A stretch of DNA of 63,987 nucleotides, filler included, from Platydemus manokwari (Eukaryota): the NCBI GenBank assembly GCA_037951405.1. It is 5 parts of 5 records of this genome, joined end to end, with 100 filler letters (N's around TTAATTAATTAA, not from the genome) between each part and the next. Parts side by side here need not be neighbours in the genome. Positions count along the whole stretch, not along the records: positions 54,991 to 63,987 come from JBBMOY011316983.1; 4 more parts are not named here. One strand, given 5' to 3'. Shown here one piece after another: positions 54,891-63,987 of this stretch. The notes beneath the pieces were generated by a model. It had not been told where the DNA came from. It worked only from the letters and a program-made list of their open reading frames with translations, and did not search any database. The position numbers and the translations under genes were made by a program. Every line of letters begins with the position of its first letter. Within the stretch, counting starts at the first letter, position 1.

Positions 54891-54990
54891 NNNNNNNNNN
54901 NNNNNNNNNNNNNNNNNNNNNNNNNNNNNNNNNNTTAATTAATTAANNNNNNNNNNNNNNNNNNNNNNNNNNNNNNNNNNNNNNNNNNNN
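54891..54990. other. Artificial contig-joining linker
   Basis: N run containing TTAATTAATTAA at 54935-54946; total 100 nt. Confidence 0.95.
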
Positions 54991-56019
54991 TATTTATCAT
55001 CATTAATATCTACTTCAAAATTACATAACCAAACCATAATTATTTGTTTTTAATGTTCACCATCTGTCAACCTGGTTAAGGGCAATTTTTGTGTGATACT
55101 TATTCCCCTCTTAACTACCCCCATTCCAGGGTTCAATCGTCTTGCCAGGTAGGCATTCTCTTATTTCAGAGGTACTGGTGCAGGTAATGTGTGCGCAAAA
55201 TATTGTGGAGTAATAACAGCAGAGATCTTTATGTGTCTACCCACATTAAGATAGAATAACTAACTAGCCTTTGTCAGTTTCATCATACACAATATGAAAA
55301 AGATTCAGATGGACATTATTAAACTCCAAGTTAGCAATTTGGTAGTCCTACCAAACTCTGATTAAAACATGAAATTTATGAATTTTAAGACCCAGATAAT
55401 AACGTTCAAAACGTTCAAACAACCATAAAGTTCAAAAAGTTTGAACGTCACAACTATGGTCACGGACCTGGTAGACACGAGGCGACACATGAGCCACTGC
55501 CTTTATTAAATTCTATTTCGCTGTATATCGCCAAGTGTAAACTGGATCTGCTTTGCTAATTTAATTTAGCGTTGGCTTTAATTTTAAAGTTTTAGGATCA
55601 TTTATTTTTGCATTCGAATGATAAAGAAATTAGAGTATAAAATTATTATTATTAAAAAGAAAAACAATTTTTGAATGATTATATTTATTTTATTAAACTA
55701 AATATATATTATAATATTATATATGTTTATTGACACTACAATAAACAAAGCGGTATGTAGATCGCAGAAGTGATCTAAGTCTGTAATGCTGAAATCTTTT
55801 CTTGCCATTCGATCTATAAATCACAGGTTTTTTTTCCATTGGTAATTAATTTTGATTAAATGACCTTCTGCATTTTGATATTGACTTACTTTTTTTCGAT
55901 ATTTTTATTTTTTCATTTTTCATAGTTTCTAATCTTCTTATCACTTTAGCATAATGTTTTATAAATTAAATTTTCCAAATTATGAGTAATAAAGACGCTA
56001 ATATTTCGAGCTAATTATT

Positions 56020-56621
56020 GGCTTAAATTAAAAAAGGGTCCTTTGGCCTATTTTCGTTATAATGAATTTTAGCACATGAGAAAATTTTATAACCTAATTT
56101 TATATATAACTGCTCTGTTTGTTTTATTTGTATAAATCAGTTAATATCTCATTTTTTAAGATGTTTAATAGTGACAAAACATAGTTTGAAAACCAAGTTC
56201 CCATTCACAACACTTCTATATGATTATTTGTGTTTTTAAATTTATATTTTTATAATTATAAATCGAGTTAGTTAATTATAGTTATGTTTAATAATATCAT
56301 TGCTTATTTTTATAAAAAACTTATAAAAAACGAAAATATCTCTCAATTTGCTTCGAATATTAAAAAAGGGGTCATCGCTAATTTTCAATAAATTGCAATT
56401 CGACCTAAATTTTTAATTTTTTCAAATAATCAAATTTTGGGAGTTTTTTAAGCACTAGTTTATTTAATATTTGATTTCAAACAACTAAAATTCTTCTTAC
56501 ATACTTAGATAAAAAATTCGACACATTTTTAAAGAATTTAATTAAGTAAACAATATAGAATTTTGCAATACACTCAAAAAATTTAAAATTCATTTTAGAA
56601 CCCTTTTTTTAAACTTTAGCT
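56020..56621. mobile_element. MITE-like element, copy 3 (inverted)
   Basis: ggcttaaattaaaaaagggtcc ... gaaccctttttttaaactttagc; reverse complement of copies 1 and 2. Confidence 0.75.
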
Positions 56622-56999
56622 ATTGTTTTATATTTTCATTTTTATTTCAGTAAATATTTCCGAATTTTATAAATGATTTATTTCTCTAAAAAGTTCATCA
56701 AATTTCATTTAAAATTAACAAAAGTTTAAAAATTTTCATAAAACAATATTTTAAAGTTTTATAATTTTATATAGAATTTAAAAATTTAATGAAAAATTCA
56801 TAATTTTAAAATTTATTTTAATGTAAATTAATGGATATTTTTAAAATCATTTTTAACGTATATATACGTTATCAATTCATTATTTATAATTTTAAAAAGT
56901 TTTTTTCAATTGACATTTTCTTTGTACACTTTTACTAGTTATCCCAAAATTAGTCATCATACTCATCATTCTGCTAACTCTATGAATTGGAGTAGCTAA

Positions 57000-59200
57000 C
57001 TATTTTATCAAGCCCATCTTTTGGACTTCTGTGGCATTGGTGAAATTTCCATCGCGAGAAACTTATTTTTATGTTTGTTTTAATGCATTTAACAAACTTC
57101 AATAGTAGAGTGTAGTTATGCGCTGGCCGTGCTCCGAGTACACCCACTGACCAATTTGGTCTGCCCTTTTTGATGTTTTTCTTGGATCATCGTATTTTCC
57201 GTATTTCATGTATAAGCAATATCCAATTTTTCCGGTACATCTATTCGACATTTCATGTCAATTATGAAAATGATGATTTGCCGTTAGTTTAGCATTTGCA
57301 AATCGACTCTTAGAGGCTATTTTATGAATTAGCACTTCTTTTCTGCATAAAGCCGGTCATCAGTTTTGAGTGTTATTTTATTGACTAAAACTTTCATAAT
57401 ATTTTTGTGACAATGGCATGCAAAGGATTTTGACGTTTCGCATCTAGTGAATACACGAGTTTACGATTCCATACAATGCAGACAATTTTCTTTTCTTCAA
57501 TATGAAATTTAACTAATTTAATGCTCCATTTAAATTTATTTGTGAGCCATAAGTTCTATTCAGTGACACTAAAGCTGTTTCTCTAATTATTCCATGCTTG
57601 CTAGTTCACTAGTTCACAATGGGTTGTATTATGTACACTTTTACAATTCGCAAACTCAATCAGCTCTTGTTAATTATAGATTGTATTTGTAACAGAATTT
57701 AGGTGCTTCAAATACTTTTTAAATGTATTTTTCTAATGTGTTTTCCAATTTGGTGTGTGTAAGATTCTTTGGGTTAGTCACGAAAACATCCAAAAATGCC
57801 TACGGGAACCATGGAAATAAACCTCAAACGGTTAACACACACAGACTCAATAAACGCATGTGTCAACAGCCAAGCAGATTCTCTCTAATATCAATCCAAA
57901 TTTAGAAGTTAATAGTCAACTGGTGCATACCGACAAATGTCTTTAAACACCGTTATCCGCCAATAGCACGGGAGATGTAAGAAAACTGCAAACATCCCCA
58001 ACATATGAATAAATTCAACAATTGAAAAACGAAGTTCCGGGTCATCAAACGGACACGCGTGATAGGTCTATAAAAGATCTATATCTGCCAGTCTTTTTTA
58101 TTTGGTAACCTTCATTCTGCTCTTTGATTTTTGTGTGATTTTTCCGATAACCGGTCATTTGGGTGATTTTAATTGTATCTATTGCAAATCAAACTTGTGA
58201 TTCTGTAGTTTAAATTATAATTTTCAGATATTATGGTTAGTTAATACCCAACAAATATTAATAGTTCTTGGTATAGTTTTGCCTTGAATGAAATCACTGT
58301 GTGCGTTTAATTTTTCCAGTTTAGTAGAAAGATCCATTTTATTTATTGGTGGGTTAATTTCAATATTGAATAGCAGCATTAACATTGAGATTCCGTGACG
58401 TACTCCACTTTTTATGCTTATAGAAGTTGTAATTTAGTCTCCATACGGAAGCGAAGCAGTACAGTCTATATATAAACTGATAATGATTTTGCTTGTCTTT
58501 CAGATGTGCTCATCTTTTTCAGAACTGCAAACATAGAATCAGTAGCTACAAAAGAAAATCCTTCTTTAATGTCAAGAAAATCGAAATGAAAAATGGTTTT
58601 CTTTTTTATCATGGTATCGTTCTTGAAACAATCTTAGAAGGAAGTCGTGTTCTATGCATTCATCGATTGGGCCAAGGTTCTTTTGAAGTGGATTGAATAG
58701 ATTGTTTTAATCAACCTACTTTCTTATTTATGTATATAGTGCTGTCGTATAAATGTTATAAGTTCATTCCACCAATGCGATAGGTCTCCAAGATCCAACT
58801 TAATGGAAATGTTGTAAATTTATCGTTTTTGGAAACATCACTGTGTTATAGTTACACTGTCCATTCGTAATTTTATCTTCAGTCATGTATTTTTAATAAT
58901 TTTAGTGAGTATTTCTGTGTTTGGATCGGGGTATAACATATTTTGTTAACTTACTTTGTTCTTTCCTAATGTACCTTGATTTTTTATTTTCAAAATATAG
59001 TTAATTTGTTCAATCTCAAATTCTTGGAAATCGAACTCAAATCCAGGCTTAATATATTCTCCTCGCATGCAGGAATTTTTGCTAAAGCAATACAATCACC
59101 TACAAATTCATTATAAATTATTTCTTCATCCTGATTTTTTTTAAAATGGTTTTCTAGACTTATTTTGGATGGTCTCATTAGGTTCAATCTTAGGTGACTA
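57000..59200 (-). mobile_element. Degenerate non-LTR retrotransposon (RT + CCHC + RLE; NeSL/Utopia/R2-like), copy 2; may extend to ~60400
   Basis: Minus strand RT fragments: SWRPIAL (~58780), QKNLGPIDECIEHDFLL (~58650), FLDIKEGFSFV, IIISLY..ITTSISIKSGVRHG.SMLMLLFNI (~58370-58490). C-terminal fragments: CLHCMES*TRVFTRC..CHKNI (~57410-57484), RVDLQML (~57300), IIDMKC, KYGKY, VGVLGARPAHN (~57120-57145). Confidence 0.75.
57767..58253 (+). mobile_element. Solo-LTR-like repeat nested inside non-LTR copy 2
   Basis: Homologous to the reverse complement of 3868-4422 and ends ...aattttcagat...aatacccaaca. It sits between the RT and CCHC/RLE fragments of the host element. Confidence 0.55.
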
Positions 59201-61558
59201 GAGTATCATCTTTTCAATATTTCATTTTCCAAAATTACTTTTTGTGTCTTCCTACAGATAGTTACCACATTAATGCTATGTAGCTGGTAATCATGAATTG
59301 TATTAAACACAAAGTTGGGTCATTGTCACCAAATTTGGTTTGCTTTACTTTCAAACTAGGATGAAACATCCACTCTTAAAGGCCTTCCTTTTTTCCACAG
59401 CATTCGGTCAATATTTGTTTTCAGGTTTGTTTTTATCATATTGGTAATTTCTTCATTAATTTCATCAATAAATGGATCAATAACTTGAGCTTGTCAACAC
59501 ATAAACAATGATAGTAATTCATCGTTTTTTAACAGCAGCGAGTTAAATATGATATCTCCATCTTCGAAGTATTTAAAAGATATATTATCTATTATATTTT
59601 CTGCTTCGTATAATACGATTGCTTTTCCAACGGATAGGTCAGATACTAAGTATTTTCTGCATTTAAATTACTTCCTACTTAGAAGCCTCATGTCCGTTTC
59701 TATGAAATAGATATAGTCATTTCTGTTGATATTTGAGAGATCTGGTTTACTATTTATTAATTTTTTAGAATTTTTAACTTTAAATGAGCCCTGATTTTGG
59801 GGCACAACATTCTTATTTACATTACATCGATGTTGTAACATCATTTTTCTTTTGAAATGTTTTATACACAACCACACATAATCGGGCTAAAATCATGGTA
59901 ATTTAATTATAGTTGTCGATTAAAATTCTTAAATAATATTTGTCTTTTGCCATTGAGATATTTCCTATGTCAATCAGGGCGATGGCTTTTGCTTATGTAG
60001 TTACCGTCATTTTCCCATGTAGTAGTAAATCAATGATGTCTCTTCTTTCTATCCGAAACACAAGGTTGGTCCGATGTTTATTTTGCAGTTTAGTGGTGCA
60101 AATGTGATAGTTTTATCGTTGATCTCTATCTCAATTCCAATTTGACATGCCTGCTAAATAACATTTCTCTTATATACCAGCCCATATAGATTTTGTTCTT
60201 TGGGTTGGCATGTTTTAGAATACAGTAATCAATACGGTCACCAGGAACCATTCTGTAAAGGACACTATGTGATTAATTACTACCCTTTGACTGCTCTTTA
60301 GAGTTAGACTATCATTTCCCCGACTTCTTATATATAAAGGCAGTGTTTTGCTTTCCGAAGCATTTGAATTGAGGATGAAAAGTCAAAATCTATTTGGATT
60401 ATGTAAGTTTAAGTATATATAGTTCAATATTAAAAATTGTTCATTTTCAATTTTAACTTAGGTTAAGAAAAGAGGTCATAAAATAATTTTTTAAAATCTG
60501 TACAGCTGCAATTAAGGAATTTACGACTAATCTTAAGCTCATATATTAAGCAGCTGTTTTTCACATTAATTTGATGTTCGATCTACCATTACTATATGCT
60601 GTGGTTATCAATGTCTTTACGCCACTTGATCACATCTTTCATTCATATCTTATACATTCACTGCATCTTTGTGGCATGTAAAAGGCTGAATTTTTATATA
60701 GTTTCGCTGTGATGAGATATATTATAACTATACCTGAAATAAGAAAAGATTATGCTATCGACATTCCAAAACAATTATTGAATTTCTTAATCAACTGATT
60801 AGTCGACAATTACCATATATTTCTGTTTGTGTCTTTAATATCATACACGAATAATTAATATTTAACACCTTACAGCTACGTAATTATTAAAATATTATAT
60901 GATATAAAATTATATCAAAATATCAAAACATTCAAAATTATTTTGAGAAACTAAATAATGATTTGAGCAATTATCGGTCATAATTGTAAATAAATACTGC
61001 ATTGATATTAAAACAAGTTTGTTAATAGCATATTATTGTTAAATTTTGAATTTAATGATTTCATGAATAAAATAAAAAATAAAAGATTTTATTTAAAATT
61101 GTCTCATGGGCAAACAATTATTAATTAATTCAAAATTTACAACTATTGTGGTACATGTTAGTTACATCTGTTTTTGCACATTTACAAAGTTAAGATTAAA
61201 ATTCAAGATTAAAGATGTTATTTGCAAATAATCGCAAACGTTTTGTTATAGAAATAAAATTTCATTTGTCAGATTTTTATTTTAATAATTTATAAAACTT
61301 TTATGTTCGATGAGGAAAAATTTAATTTCGTTTATTTTAAGATTTGGTAATTACGCAGTCTGAAACCATCAAAAGTTCCTTTCGATTTTGCATTTTTTAG
61401 TCTTTAATTAAACTATCGAAATTATATGATTGCCTTGTGATTTAAATTTTCAAATCTTTGCCAATCATTAATCCTGAAGTATTTAATTAACCAAGAATTA
61501 TTGTTACCAGTATTTGTATGGTATCGATTACAATTAATTCAAATATTATAATTTTTAA

Positions 61559-62293
61559 ATGAAAATGAATTGTAAATGTAAGTCGAAAAAAATTGCTTTC
61601 CACGAAAACAATATATCAAAATACAAACGACATCAAAGGCTGAATTCTAATTTAAATGATATAATTCCAAAGAAACGTATTTTAAAAGGAATATATAATT
61701 CACCTTCGTTAAGAAAATGGTTTAAGGAAAAAGATTTAAAACTTCCCCGGAAAATTATGTCACTCAAAGATTCAAGTTTAAAAAAATGTCAATATACTTC
61801 ATGTCCTCGGTTTTCCAATTATTATAAGAACAAAATCGTTTGTCCACACAATAGCTCAAGAAATAGACCCCAATCGCATTGTTTTAGAAAAATACATAAT
61901 ATTGATAAACATTGGAACTACGATAAATCTCAAAATAATGATGACTCTAATAATACAGATGAAATATGTTATTTTGACAATTCGACCAATCGAAATAAAA
62001 ATGATTTGACTAAATTGAAGGATTTGTACAATCTAGAAGATTTTGATTTTAATGAAAACGATAACAATGAGGATGATAATGAAGATGAGGAAATGGATGA
62101 TGAAGAAAATATTGACGGTGATGAAGACATCAGCATGAATGAAGAAGACGATTCTAGATCGTTACAAGATTTAACAGAATTTGCAACTGATAACCCACCA
62201 TCAGGAGAATTTAGCACACCGCCCAGAAAAATTGATATGGATCTCATTATTGGTTCTTGTCCAGGACAACGAAGTAGTGACGATGAAATGTAG
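61559..62293 (+). CDS. Uncharacterised 244-aa protein, Lys/Arg-rich N-half and Asp/Glu-rich C-half
   Basis: A 735-nt ATG-to-TAG ORF is unlikely by chance in DNA this AT-rich. It has an acidic tract (EDDNEDEEMDDEENIDGDED). No family recognised. Confidence 0.55.
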   Translation: MKMNCKCKSKKIAFHENNISKYKRHQRLNSNLNDIIPKKRILKGIYNSPSLRKWFKEKDLKLPRKIMSLKDSSLKKCQYTSCPRFSNYYKNKIVCPHNSSRNRPQSHCFRKIHNIDKHWNYDKSQNNDDSNNTDEICYFDNSTNRNKNDLTKLKDLYNLEDFDFNENDNNEDDNEDEEMDDEENIDGDEDISMNEEDDSRSLQDLTEFATDNPPSGEFSTPPRKIDMDLIIGSCPGQRSSDDEM

Positions 62294-63850
62294 AAAAAAT
62301 GATGAAATGTTTTATTTTTTAATTCACATAATTGTGCTAAATTGCCAATACCTTGATTTGGTCCAGTGAAATATTGTTCACCTATCAAATTAATGATTTT
62401 ATTTGTTATTTATGTGAGAAATTGGATTTGAAAATTTTAAAGATTGTAAATCTGATTTCACATTGAATCAAGTAGAAAATTTTTCTTTTAAATTTATTGT
62501 TTTTGATATTGATTTTTATTGATTTTATAATTCTTTGTTTAACTTAACATATGCACAAGCAAAGATCTACATAAGCAATCAAGACATAGGATAGCTTTTG
62601 TTCTAAAAATGCATTTCCAAAATCTTAAACAGACGACTTAAATGATTTATCGGATTATATAAAAAATAAGTGATAGTTGCTACCACACTTACTTTCAAAT
62701 CAATAAAATGGACAAACAATTTTTCTTTTTATAGGCTTCAACTGGCAGTAGGCAATCTTTACGTGGTCATATACACTCACCAATTTGTATGTGGTTTCGT
62801 GTGGTAAATTTTAATCTGATGTTCTATTTCTTCAATTCCAATTGAGTTTATCAATTTTTCATGACTGGGATTGGTCAGTTTATGTGAACATGTTGTTATG
62901 TAGTCATGCCTTATATTCAATTGAAATCTTTAGTTTTTACAGTGCGATTGTCCGGTTATTATAACTGTATGACCGTATTGATTCGATTATTTGCGAAGTA
63001 TTAAAACAGCAGTTCCAATGCGCTAAAATCATAGTTTTGTGTGACATTCATATTCACTCAATAGAAGCTTCTCCGAGTAGACTTTATCACCTCTGATCAA
63101 TACTTTCAATGCACAAATTCTTCTCTGTCCTTCTGAGTATATTTGATTCATCTTTTGTGTTTTTCTTTATCATAACTTAATTTTTGTTAGCGCTGGTGTA
63201 GCTGTATTTAATGAGATAATGACAAACGCTATTACTATTCTGATTTTAACCAAACTGCCATATCAAATGAGGTTTTTATTTCTCATCAAAAACATCTCCT
63301 CGATAAAAAAATACCAGGAAATTATCATTTCCACAGAATTGAGAATATTCAACAAAGACCACTGTTTGTATGGACCTGAAAATAGAAATTAACTAATATT
63401 GATATTAAAAAATTTCATTAAAAATATTGATAACGGTGTTTGACATGAAAATCAACATTTATCGATCATGGATAAACAGGGCGATCTGAAATTGTGAATA
63501 ATCCTAATGTGACATCAAGTGTAGAGATTGATCTGAAAAAGGTCAATTGATAAGTCAGGTAGATATACAATCAGCAGTTAGCGGTAATCAAATTATTTTG
63601 TTCTCCTAATTTTTTTCAAACTGCTAAATAATTAATACCACTGATTTTTGTTCCAAGATTGCAGTTGGATTTTTAGTTATCAAGGTTCATGATTTGAAAT
63701 TGAATAAATGTAATCAACTATTTTAATATTTGATTATCTGATATTTATTTATTCTAATTTAATTTAGTAAATCCAATTCGTCTAACGCGTATCACTTGTT
63801 AATATCAACTTTGAGTTTAGAATATTCGTCAAAGTTATTATTCGTTAATG

Positions 63851-63987
63851 TTTATTAATATTCATTATTATTCATTGATATTAATTATTATTCATTGATA
63901 TTCATTATTATTTATTAATATTCATTATTATTCATTGATATTAATTATTATTCATTGATATTCATTATTATTTATTAATATTCATTA
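63851..63987. repeat. AT-rich minisatellite: 10-bp monomers in a 60-bp higher-order unit
   Basis: 63851-63900 is identical to 63911-63960. Monomers are ttcattatta, ttcattgata, ttaattatta and tttattaata. The array runs off the window end. Confidence 0.85.

Noticed and set aside
61969-62388. 139-aa Ser-rich minus-strand ORF
   Set aside because: It is the antisense of the GAT/GAA acidic tract of the plus-strand ORF.
63060-63700. Possible CR1/L2 APE endonuclease remnant on the minus strand (TISDRPVY)
   Set aside because: Too degenerate to support without an HMM search.

Overview
This is very AT-rich eukaryotic genomic DNA, not prokaryotic. Genes are split by short (43-53 nt) spliceosomal introns and sit among degenerate transposons. 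Composition, intron sizes and TE types would fit a triclad flatworm (planarian), but that is inference. The window is stitched from contigs by four identical 100-nt N-TTAATTAATTAA-N linkers plus one ordinary N gap, so gene adjacency across those points is unproven. Supported genes: the last exon of a synaptotagmin-15-like C2 gene (-); a ~666-aa ARM-repeat/TIR/SAM protein (+), SARM1-like in domain content but in a different order and keeping the putative TIR catalytic Glu; a convergent pair of secreted PAN/apple-domain paralogues with a pseudogene fragment between them; the 5' half of GID4 (with a GC-AG intron, 3' exons not found); complete PSMB2 (-); complete YIF1 (+); and an orphan basic/acidic 244-aa ORF. 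Mobile DNA includes two decayed restriction-endonuclease-type (NeSL/Utopia/R2-like) non-LTR retroelements, Gypsy protease and integrase remnants, solo-LTR-like repeats, a mariner end, a hAT remnant and a multi-copy ~550-600 bp MITE-like element. The best candidate for a novel system is the ARM-TIR-SAM putative NADase/immune-signalling gene. All homology calls come from my motif recognition; no searches were run.
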